Assembly (NCBI GenBank): GCA_019309565.1
Contig: JAFDFZ010000016.1
Location: forward strand, 10,155 to 74,154
Source: Deltaproteobacteria bacterium
GTDB lineage: Bacteria; Desulfobacterota; Desulfobacteria; Desulfobacterales; SURF-15
Direction: 5' to 3'
Length of the DNA stretch: 64,000 bases
Shown here one piece after another: positions 46,443 to 54,424 of this stretch. Every line of letters begins with the position of its first letter. Within the stretch, counting starts at the first letter, position 1. The position numbers and the translations under genes are program-made. The notes under the pieces were generated by a model. That model was not told the origin of the DNA. It did not search any database and was given only the letters and a program-made list of their open reading frames with translations.

Positions 46443-46702
46443 GTGAGGCTCCTCCTAATTTTTTTTGATAATTTGACATTTTTTGAGAAGAATTCGCTTT
46501 TTTTAGGGAGTCAAAAACCGTGCCGACAGCTCAAAATTTTCCCATCTGTTTTTATACCCAAAACAACAGCTGTTTTTATATTCAACTAACATACTGAAAT
46601 TACATCTATAATTTTTACTGCTAACGGCGAAGCACCTACGTCGATAATAACTCATGGCGGCTGTGTAACTTTCAGATGAATACATTGTCGTAAAAAAGGG
46701 AC

Positions 46703-46726
46703 ACCCCGGCCTTAAAATTTGCCGGG
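46703..46726. other. GC-rich hairpin CCCCGGC-N10-GCCGGGG flanked by an A-run (46691-46696) and a T-run (46732-46737)
   Basis: Read from the sequence. It looks like a bidirectional terminator, but no convergent genes flank it. Confidence 0.35.
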
Positions 46727-46752
46727 GATTCCGTTTTTTGATTTGTTCCGGC

Positions 46753-46778
46753 TTTACATCTTGTAAAAAAACCTGACA
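46753..46778 (+). promoter_or_regulatory. upstream activator-like dyad motif, copy 2 (TTTACATCTTGTAAAAAAACCTGACA)
   Basis: It lies 121 bp upstream of the sigma-54 element at 46874. Confidence 0.65.
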
Positions 46779-46873
46779 TTAGAAGCGATTTGCCCGGTCA
46801 AAGCAATCCTTATCCAAAACGCTTTTTGTTTTGGTTACGGATGCTTAGAATCAAATCCACCCCTCGTATATCC

Positions 46874-46888
46874 TGGCACAGACCTTGC
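46874..46888 (+). promoter_or_regulatory. sigma-54 (-24/-12) promoter TGGCAC-N5-TTGC upstream of hypA
   Basis: TGGCACAGACCTTGC is an exact consensus match, and it lies 69 nt upstream of the hypA ATG. Confidence 0.7.
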
Positions 46889-46956
46889 GGTCGCCAGTGA
46901 TAGGCCGTGTTCAAGTAGAGGGTTGGAAGGTATACTGTGTAAACGTGTTGGCCGCT

Positions 46957-47298
46957 ATGCATGAACTTTCCCTTGCGCAAAACATTATTGAAATTATTAC
47001 GGGAGAACTGTTGGAAAACGGCCTGACAAAGGTCGATACCATTACGCTAAAAATAGGGGAAATGGCGCAGGTACTGCCGGATTCGCTCCGCTTCGGCTTT
47101 GAGTGTCTGATCCGGGAAACTCCTCTTGAGGGGGTGAAACTGATCATCGAGATCGTTCCGGCGAAAGGTCGCTGCATGAGTTGCGGAAAAAATTTTATCA
47201 TTGAAAACCGGGAATTTATCTGCCCGGAGTGTGGAAAAGCCGGTATCGAAGTTCTCACCGGAAAAGAACTTGAAATCGTGGAATTGGAAGGCACCTAA
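46957..47298 (+). CDS. hypA: hydrogenase nickel-incorporation protein HypA
   Basis: MHELSLAQNIIE N-terminus and the zinc site CMSCG ... CPECG; 113 aa. The ORF-track start 46885 extends over the promoter. Confidence 0.92.
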   Translation: MHELSLAQNIIEIITGELLENGLTKVDTITLKIGEMAQVLPDSLRFGFECLIRETPLEGVKLIIEIVPAKGRCMSCGKNFIIENREFICPECGKAGIEVLTGKELEIVELEGT

Positions 47299-47317
47299 CA
47301 CGATAGGAGGCAGGCAA

Positions 47318-47986
47318 ATGAAGTTGATACTGGCCAGGGACGTTCTTGCGGCAAATGATAAAATTGCCGAACAGAACCACGCCCTGCTTTCGAGCAAAGC
47401 GGTAACCGCCATCAACGTGATGAGCTCGCCGGGTGCGGGCAAAACCACTCTGATTGCGGAAACCATTCGATCCTTGAAACAGGATCTGAATATTGCCGTC
47501 ATCGAAGGAGACATTCAGTCCACATACGATGCCGAGCAGATATCCGCAACAGGCGCTCAGGTGGTTCAGATCAATACCGGCGGTGCGTGCCACCTGGATG
47601 CCGGTATGATCAATGAATCATTGGGTCATATCGATCTGGATGCGGTGGATCTGCTGATCATTGAAAATGTCGGAAACCTTGTCTGCCCGGCTGGGTTTAA
47701 TCTCGGAGAAGGCTACAAGGTCATGCTGTTGAGTGTAACGGAGGGAGACGACAAACCGGTGAAGTACCCGATGATGTTTCACGAATCGAGCGCGCTGCTG
47801 ATCAACAAAATTGACCTCCTTCCCTATATTGAGTGCAGTGTCGAGAAAATCAGGACCGAAGCGCTGAAAATCAAACCGGATTTAGGCATCTTTGAAGTAT
47901 CCGCAAAAACCGGGAAGGGCCTGGACGACTGGTATCGATGGCTCAAGAAAATGGTGAGGCGCAATGGTACGCAGGATGAAAATTAG
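47318..47986 (+). CDS. hypB: hydrogenase nickel-incorporation GTPase HypB
   Basis: P-loop SSPGAGKTTLI and the NKIDL G4 motif. Start is at 47318 (AGGAGG at 47305-47310). Confidence 0.92.
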   Translation: MKLILARDVLAANDKIAEQNHALLSSKAVTAINVMSSPGAGKTTLIAETIRSLKQDLNIAVIEGDIQSTYDAEQISATGAQVVQINTGGACHLDAGMINESLGHIDLDAVDLLIIENVGNLVCPAGFNLGEGYKVMLLSVTEGDDKPVKYPMMFHESSALLINKIDLLPYIECSVEKIRTEALKIKPDLGIFEVSAKTGKGLDDWYRWLKKMVRRNGTQDEN

Positions 47987-50285
47987 CATTCAGGGAACCG
48001 TTCAGGGAATCGGTTTTAGGCCTTTTGTTTTTAATCTTGCCAGGAGAAATCACCTTAACGGATACGTGACCAACACCAGCGAAGGGGTCGAGATCGAAGT
48101 TGAGGGAGAATCGGATGGTATTGAACTTTTCTTAAATGCCATTGAACAAAGCCCGCCGCCGCTGGCCCATATTACCGATATTATCCGAACACCGATTCCC
48201 CTGATTCAGGAAGAAAAATTCGTCATCAGGCAAAGCAGGGCCCATGAGCAGAAAATCGCTCTGATTCCCCCGGATGTGAGCATCTGCAAAGAGTGCCTCC
48301 GTGAGCTCCGGGATCCGGCTGACCGACGCTACCGCTACCCGTTTATCAACTGTGTAAACTGCGGTCCACGCTTTACCATCATCGAAGATATCCCTTATGA
48401 CCGGCCCAACACCTCCATGCAAGCATTCTTGATGTGTGCCGACTGTCTGGCGGAATACTATGATCCCGACGATCGTCGATTCCATGCACAACCTAACGCA
48501 TGCCCGGTTTGCGGACCGCAGGTGAGTCTTTACGACAATCGAGGAACCCGCCTGCTTACCGATGAACCGATTGTCGATGCTATTGAATTGCTAAAGCGCG
48601 GCGCCATTCTTGCCGTAAAGGGGCTGGGCGGATTTCACCTGGCAGTGGATGCAGAAAATGACGCTGCGGTTAAAAGCCTTCGCCACCGAAAACACAGAGA
48701 AGACAAACCGTTTGCACTCATGTCCCTTGATGTGGACCGAATCCGACGCTATGCCCACGTCGATCGCGGTGAAGCGTCCCTGCTGATGTCCCCGGTAAGG
48801 CCTATTATCCTGTTGGACAAAAAAGAGCCGAATTCGATTTCAGCGGCGGTATCCCCGGGGCTTCGCACCTTTGGCGTAATGCTGCCTTACACACCGCTGC
48901 ACTACCTTTTGCTGGAAAGCGATCTTTTGGCCCTGGTGATGACCAGCGGCAACAGGAGTAAAGAGCCGCTCGTTGTCAGCAACGCATATGCATTCAAACG
49001 GCTCGGCACCATTGCGGATTACATCCTGTTGCATAACCGTGACATCCGTGTGCGGGCCGACGATTCCATCGTTCGACGCATTGGCGGTCAAACCCGCCTG
49101 ATACGCCGTTCCAGGGGCTATGTTCCCACCCCGATTTTCCTAACCCGATCTTTCCCGCAAATACTGGCCTGCGGTGCTGAAACGGCCAATACGATCTGCC
49201 TGACCAAAGGCAAGAACGCCTTTGTCAGCCAGCATATCGGGGATCTGGAGAACCTTGAAAGTCTTATCTTCTTTGAAAAAACCATTGAACATTTCAAGCG
49301 GCTTTTCGACATATGGCCGGAGGTGGTTACCTACGATCTTCACCCCGACTACCTGAGCAGCCGATATGCAAGGCAGCTTAAAAGCGTTCGTTTGATCGGG
49401 GTTCAGCACCATCATGCACACATCGCAAGCTGCATGACGGAGAACGGAATCGAAGGGCCGGTCATCGGTTTGGCCTTTGACGGTACGGGCTACGGCACGG
49501 ACGGTCGAATCTGGGGTGGAGAAGTGCTTCTCACCCGCCCGGATAGATTTCGGCGTCTGGCCCATCTTGAATACGTTCCCATGCCGGGCGGCGCTGCGGC
49601 CGTTAAAGAGCCCTGGCGAATGGCGGTAAGTTATCTATTGCATGCCTACGGAGACGACCTGTGGAAACTTAATCTTCCCATCTTTACCGCCATCGATAAA
49701 AACAAGATCCGCACGGTCCTGGATATGATAAAAAGGGGGGTTAATTGCCCGCAAACCTCAAGCCTCGGGCGGCTGTTTGACGGGGTCTCGACCATCCTGG
49801 GCATCCGGTATCGTTCATCTTATGAGGGGCAGGCAGCGGTCGAGCTCGAAATGGCAATGGATGCGGTTGCAAAGGGGCCCTTTGCGCATTCATTTGTCAA
49901 AGAAAACGGGCTCTATCGCATTCCCGTAAAACCTATCATTCGTGGAGTGGCCGATGATTTTATGAGTGGACAGGGCGCCGGTAACATCAGCTATCGCTTT
50001 CATATGACGCTGATTCATCTTTTTTCGGATTTGTGCGAAACGCTCCGGCAGGAAACCGGTATCAACCAAGTGGTGCTAAGCGGCGGGGTCTTCCAGAACG
50101 CCGTCATGCTCGAGGGACTGGAAAACTCTCTAAACAATCGCGGTTTTCGTGTTTTCTCACACACCAAAGTTCCCTGCAACGACGGCGGGATCTCGCTCGG
50201 GCAGGCGGCTGTGGCCGAAGCCAGTTTCACATTACGGAAGGATTCACATGTGTCTTGCAGTTCCCATGAAAATCTTAAAAATTAA
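47964..50285 (+). CDS. hypF: carbamoyltransferase HypF
   Basis: Acylphosphatase domain (GTVQGIGFRPFV), paired zinc fingers (CKEC...CVNCGPRF; CADC...CPVCGP), and YrdC-like and Kae1-like domains; 773 aa. Confidence 0.93.
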   Translation: MVRRMKISIQGTVQGIGFRPFVFNLARRNHLNGYVTNTSEGVEIEVEGESDGIELFLNAIEQSPPPLAHITDIIRTPIPLIQEEKFVIRQSRAHEQKIALIPPDVSICKECLRELRDPADRRYRYPFINCVNCGPRFTIIEDIPYDRPNTSMQAFLMCADCLAEYYDPDDRRFHAQPNACPVCGPQVSLYDNRGTRLLTDEPIVDAIELLKRGAILAVKGLGGFHLAVDAENDAAVKSLRHRKHREDKPFALMSLDVDRIRRYAHVDRGEASLLMSPVRPIILLDKKEPNSISAAVSPGLRTFGVMLPYTPLHYLLLESDLLALVMTSGNRSKEPLVVSNAYAFKRLGTIADYILLHNRDIRVRADDSIVRRIGGQTRLIRRSRGYVPTPIFLTRSFPQILACGAETANTICLTKGKNAFVSQHIGDLENLESLIFFEKTIEHFKRLFDIWPEVVTYDLHPDYLSSRYARQLKSVRLIGVQHHHAHIASCMTENGIEGPVIGLAFDGTGYGTDGRIWGGEVLLTRPDRFRRLAHLEYVPMPGGAAAVKEPWRMAVSYLLHAYGDDLWKLNLPIFTAIDKNKIRTVLDMIKRGVNCPQTSSLGRLFDGVSTILGIRYRSSYEGQAAVELEMAMDAVAKGPFAHSFVKENGLYRIPVKPIIRGVADDFMSGQGAGNISYRFHMTLIHLFSDLCETLRQETGINQVVLSGGVFQNAVMLEGLENSLNNRGFRVFSHTKVPCNDGGISLGQAAVAEASFTLRKDSHVSCSSHENLKN

Positions 50286-50496
50286 GGATAATCAGGCACA
50301 GGTCGAAATCGGCGGAACTCGCCGGGAGGCCCGTCTGGATATCGTTGATCGCCCGCCCAGGGTGGGGGATTATGTGATCGTTCATGCAGGCTATGCGATC
50401 CATGTCATCGATGAACGAGAAGCAAAAGAGACTCTCGATTATTTTGAAGAGATGCTGTCCAAAAATGCTGAAACATCTGAGCGAATATCAGAATAA
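50248..50496 (+). CDS. hypC: hydrogenase assembly chaperone HypC
   Basis: MCLAVPMKI N-terminus with the essential Cys2; 82 aa. Confidence 0.9.
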   Translation: MCLAVPMKILKIKDNQAQVEIGGTRREARLDIVDRPPRVGDYVIVHAGYAIHVIDEREAKETLDYFEEMLSKNAETSERISE

Positions 50497-51550
50497 AAAT
50501 GTATGCCAAACCCTCGTAAAAAGGATTGAGGCCATCGTTCAAAAGCCGATTCGCATAATGGAAGTCTGCGGCACCCACACTATGTCGATTTCAAGGAACG
50601 GTATTCGCGGCCTGATGCCGGAGAGCGTCGCCCTGCTCTCAGGACCCGGCTGTCCGGTCTGTGTGACCTCACAGGTTGAAATCGATCGGTTTATTTGCCT
50701 TGCGAAACAAAAAGAGGTGACCATTACGACCTTCGGGGATCTGATGCGGGTACCGGGTTCGGAATCGTCACTGATTCAGGAACGGGCGTCGGGTGCGGAT
50801 ATTCGAATCATCTATTCCACCCTCGATGCCCTGGAAATTGCCCGCAATCACCCAAATCGGGAGATCGTGTTCCTGGGTGTCGGCTTCGAGACCACCGCGT
50901 CAACCGTTGCAGCCGTGGTTCTGGAGGCAACCAAGCAGGGTGTTTGGAATTTTTCCGTCATCTCTGCACACAAGCTCATCCCCCCTGCCCTCAAGGCGTT
51001 GATGGAAAACAATGCCGTGCGGATCGACGGATTTATTTGCCCGGGCCACGTGTCGGTAATCATAGGCGCTAAGGCTTATGTGCCGCTTGCGGAAACCTAC
51101 CGGGTTCCCTGCGTGGTGGCCGGGTTTGAACCGGCGGACATCCTGCAAGCCATCTATATGCTGGCAAAACAGATTGAATCTCAAACGGCAACCGTGGAGA
51201 TTGCATACCAACGCGGGGTATCCTTTGAAGGAAATGCCAGGGCCCGACAGGTAATTCATCGGGTATTTGAACCATGTGATGCACAATGGCGGGGGTTGGG
51301 GTGTATTGCTGAAAGCGGCCTGAAGTTCCGAGCGGAATACGGCCGGTTCGATAGCGAAAAAAAATTCGGCCTGCCTGTGGGTTCGGCATCGGAGCCGCGG
51401 GGGTGTTCCTGCGGCGATATTCTGATGGGGATCAAGTCGCCTACGCAGTGCGCACTGTATGCTAGGACTTGTACGCCGGCGCATCCCGTAGGGCCCTGCA
51501 TGGTATCCACGGAAGGAACCTGTGCGGCATATTACAAATACAGTATTTAG
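50465..51550 (+). CDS. hypD: hydrogenase maturation factor HypD
   Basis: CGTHT, GPGCPVCV, GFETT and PGHVS motifs. It overlaps hypC by 32 nt. Confidence 0.92.
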   Translation: MLKHLSEYQNKNVCQTLVKRIEAIVQKPIRIMEVCGTHTMSISRNGIRGLMPESVALLSGPGCPVCVTSQVEIDRFICLAKQKEVTITTFGDLMRVPGSESSLIQERASGADIRIIYSTLDALEIARNHPNREIVFLGVGFETTASTVAAVVLEATKQGVWNFSVISAHKLIPPALKALMENNAVRIDGFICPGHVSVIIGAKAYVPLAETYRVPCVVAGFEPADILQAIYMLAKQIESQTATVEIAYQRGVSFEGNARARQVIHRVFEPCDAQWRGLGCIAESGLKFRAEYGRFDSEKKFGLPVGSASEPRGCSCGDILMGIKSPTQCALYARTCTPAHPVGPCMVSTEGTCAAYYKYSI

Positions 51551-51593
51551 AACAGAGTAAACCACTAAATACCAAAATACTAAACACTCATTA

Positions 51594-52610
51594 TTGAAAA
51601 TGAATGCAAACAAAATACTTCTGGACCATGGCAGCGGTGGCCGGGCATCCCATGAACTGGTAAGAGAGATTATCTACCCGTATTTTGAAAATGCCATTCT
51701 GGCGCAAATGGATGACAGCGCTGTTTTCTCCATTGCCGATGAAAGGTTCGCCTTTTCGACCGATTCCTACGTGGTGGACCCCATCTTTTTCCCGGAAGGC
51801 AGCATCGGCAATCTGGCCGTAAACGGCACCGTAAACGATCTGGCCATGTGCGGAGCAAAACCGCTCTTTATCAGTGTCGGTTTTATCATTGAAGAGGGGT
51901 TTCCGCTGGAAGATCTTCAAAAAATACTGCGACACATGCAGCAGGCTGCACAGGAAGCAGATGTTAAAATCGTCACAGGCGATACCAAAGTGGTCTACAG
52001 CAAAGCGGCCGATAAAATATTCATCAACACATCCGGAATCGGAAGAATCCCGGACAGGGTAAATCTTTCAGGGGAAAATGCGGTGCCGGGGGATCGAATC
52101 ATCCTCAGTGGTACGGTGGCCGATCACGGAATCACCATTCTTACGCAAAGAGAAGGGCTCTGCATGGATTTTCCTTTAAAAAGCGATACCGCCCCGCTCA
52201 ATCACATGGTACAGAAAATTATCGAATCAAGCCGTCATGTCCACAGCCTGCGGGATCCCACCCGAGGCGGTGTTGCCACGTCTCTGAATGAAATCGCCGC
52301 TCAAGCCGGAGTCGGCATCATGATCGATGAAACGGCCATTCCGGTCCGGAGTGAAACCAGGGCGGCCTGTGAACTGCTTGGTCTGGACCCGCTGTACATA
52401 GCCAACGAAGGCAAACTTATCGCCTGTGTGGCTGCAGCGGATACAGAAGCCGTTCTGGCGGCGATCCGCACAAGTCCGTACGGTCAGGACGCACAAATAA
52501 TAGGTGAGGTAACGGCAGTGCATCGTGGAAAGGTATTCATGGAAACAGCTATCGGCGGGGCGCGCATCCTCGATATGCTCGCCGGCGAACAACTGCCCAG
52601 AATCTGTTGA
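51594..52610 (+). CDS. hypE: hydrogenase maturation factor HypE
   Basis: PurM-like fold, and a C-terminus ending in PRIC (the carbamoyl/cyano-carrying Cys). Confidence 0.92.
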   Translation: MKMNANKILLDHGSGGRASHELVREIIYPYFENAILAQMDDSAVFSIADERFAFSTDSYVVDPIFFPEGSIGNLAVNGTVNDLAMCGAKPLFISVGFIIEEGFPLEDLQKILRHMQQAAQEADVKIVTGDTKVVYSKAADKIFINTSGIGRIPDRVNLSGENAVPGDRIILSGTVADHGITILTQREGLCMDFPLKSDTAPLNHMVQKIIESSRHVHSLRDPTRGGVATSLNEIAAQAGVGIMIDETAIPVRSETRAACELLGLDPLYIANEGKLIACVAAADTEAVLAAIRTSPYGQDAQIIGEVTAVHRGKVFMETAIGGARILDMLAGEQLPRIC

Positions 52611-52653
52611 GTCGAAAAGGGGAGTGTGAGAAAAAAAGCTGAAGCCTTTATTC

Positions 52654-52679
52654 TTTACATGCTGTAAAAAAACTCGACA
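52654..52679 (+). promoter_or_regulatory. upstream activator-like dyad motif, copy 3 (TTTACATGCTGTAAAAAAACTCGACA)
   Basis: It lies 120 bp upstream of the sigma-54 element at 52774. Confidence 0.65.
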
Positions 52680-52773
52680 TCCGGTTTGTTCAGCCGGTCA
52701 GGTCCTGTTTTTGGCATTAAAATAATTTGACATCATTCCGGATAGTTCTACATTCATAGGTTTCTTTTCTCTG

Positions 52774-52788
52774 TGGCATGGACATTGC
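52774..52788 (+). promoter_or_regulatory. sigma-54 (-24/-12) promoter TGGCAT-N5-TTGC
   Basis: TGGCATGGACATTGC lies 36 nt upstream of ATG 52824. Confidence 0.65.
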
Positions 52789-52823
52789 TCTCCAGTAAAG
52801 AATATTACTGTAAGGGAAGAAAA

Positions 52824-53237
52824 ATGAGAGAGGGATTTACCATTCTTATCGCCGACCGGAATCCACACGTTCGTGAATTATTGAAGCGCGAAATGATAGC
52901 GGAAGGTTATAAAGTGCGGTTGGCTGAAAATGGACGGGACGTGCTGAAATGGTCTTACGATTCTAGCCCTCTCGATCTTTTGATTTTGGATCCGGATTTG
53001 CCGGACATCGATGAATCCGCTTTATTTGCACGGCTGGCCGATCGGATACCCGCTTTGCCGATGGTCATTCATACCTTTTTTTCAGATTTCGATGTTCCAT
53101 CGAGTACTTCAGGAACAGTCGCTTATGTGGAAAAAGGAGGAAGCAGCATCGAAAACCTGAAACAGGTTGTCACCAAGTTCCTGAACAAAGCCGATTTAGC
53201 AATATTTCAAAGAAAACAGAACCGGGTCAAGATCTAA
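52824..53237 (+). CDS. single-domain response regulator (REC only)
   Basis: ILIADRN ... LLILDPDLPD ... VIHTF ... VEKGG receiver pattern. Start is at 52824 (AAGGGAAG upstream); the ORF-track GTG 52773 overlaps the promoter. Confidence 0.8.
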   Translation: MREGFTILIADRNPHVRELLKREMIAEGYKVRLAENGRDVLKWSYDSSPLDLLILDPDLPDIDESALFARLADRIPALPMVIHTFFSDFDVPSSTSGTVAYVEKGGSSIENLKQVVTKFLNKADLAIFQRKQNRVKI

Positions 53238-53333
53238 ACTCAGGATAAGCTTGAAAACTAGTGGATTATGAATCATGATGCCGGGTTCAAACGTACCATA
53301 AAAATCGATTGTTGGGTGCAACGGGCAGTTTGT

Positions 53334-53894
53334 TTAATCATTACGGGCACAGGCTTTTATTAAATGGAAAATCGCGGCAAATACATCGGTCAACCGTAAT
53401 ATGCCCACGATATGTTGCTTACGGGTGATCAGAAGTGATTGATATTGCCCCAGGACCAGCTGGTGAATGGCTTCATTCAGGGTGGTATCTTCATCCACAT
53501 GCTCACCCTCTGTGGGTTTATGCATGAAGTCTTTAACCTTCAGGGTGGCGGCTTTTTTGCAGATATCGCTCATGGCCCCGCTCCAGAGATCGTAATGGTC
53601 CATCAAGGATTTCATAAATTCCCTGGTCAGGCCGGAATGTGCCATGCCTTCCCGGCCCAGTACCCGTTCATATTTCGGCTCCAGCGCTTTGAGCACATCC
53701 AGCTGGCTTATCTTGCCGATAACTTGCTTGTTCTTATTCAGAACCAGTAATGCGCGGTGGCGATACCGGGTGTGGTCGAATGCTGCCTGAGCCTTTTCCA
53801 GGGCCATGACCGCTTCATATAAGGTGGCATCCTCAGGGACAGCGGCGTATTCCGATAGTGGAACCATCAAGTCTTTTACCATGGGATATTTCAC
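53334..53894 (-). CDS. CBS-domain pair protein
   Basis: Two CBS repeats (MVPLSEYAAVPEDATL ... GKISQLDVL; MHKPTEGEHVDEDTTL ... GILRLTDVF). Confidence 0.85.
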   Translation of the reverse strand: MKYPMVKDLMVPLSEYAAVPEDATLYEAVMALEKAQAAFDHTRYRHRALLVLNKNKQVIGKISQLDVLKALEPKYERVLGREGMAHSGLTREFMKSLMDHYDLWSGAMSDICKKAATLKVKDFMHKPTEGEHVDEDTTLNEAIHQLVLGQYQSLLITRKQHIVGILRLTDVFAAIFHLIKACARND

Positions 53895-54141
53895 TGTAAA
53901 ACTCTCCTCTCCTAGATGTACTTTATCTGGTTATATCCGGCCTTTGCCGTCTATGTTGAAGCAAACAGCATGCCACTTCAAATCGTTACGCTAAGAGGGG
54001 AAAACATACTGAATATAAAAATATTTTTTGTAAGCAACACCATTTTGGGAAAAAGATTACATGGGTGTTGTGTCGGTTTTTTTACAGCTTATAAAATTAT
54101 AATTTAGAATGCGTTATTAATATTAATTTTACGGCATCGCT

Positions 54142-54167
54142 TTTACAACTTGTAAAAAAACTCGACA
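54142..54167 (+). promoter_or_regulatory. upstream activator-like dyad motif, copy 4 (TTTACAACTTGTAAAAAAACTCGACA)
   Basis: It lies 120 bp upstream of the sigma-54 element at 54262. Confidence 0.65.
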
Positions 54168-54261
54168 AACTCCGGTTTTTTCAAAGATCCGATATTTCAC
54201 CTTTCTTTAAAATATATCCTAATTTCAAATAGTTACCTCTTTGTTAAGATGGGTTAAACCC

Positions 54262-54276
54262 TGGCATCCGGCTTGC
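54262..54276 (+). promoter_or_regulatory. sigma-54 (-24/-12) promoter TGGCAT-N5-TTGC
   Basis: TGGCATCCGGCTTGC lies 149 nt upstream of the kinase ATG 54425. Confidence 0.65.
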
Positions 54277-54424
54277 TGCAGTTTTTAACGCGCAGAAGGC
54301 ATTATCTGAATGATCTTCCCGGATGATGGCAATCGAAGTCGATGGGAGTTTTTGTGTAAAGGGTAAGGAATTAGCCTCGGAAGGAAAGGGATAAAGAGGG
54401 GACAGGGCCAATTAAGATGGATGT

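Noticed and set aside
46511-46526. A sigma-54-like element on the minus strand upstream of nuoE (CGGCAC-N5-TTGA).
   Set aside because: The -12 GC dinucleotide is replaced by GA and the -24 T is missing, so it is too degenerate to call. It is mentioned only as context for the hairpin finding.
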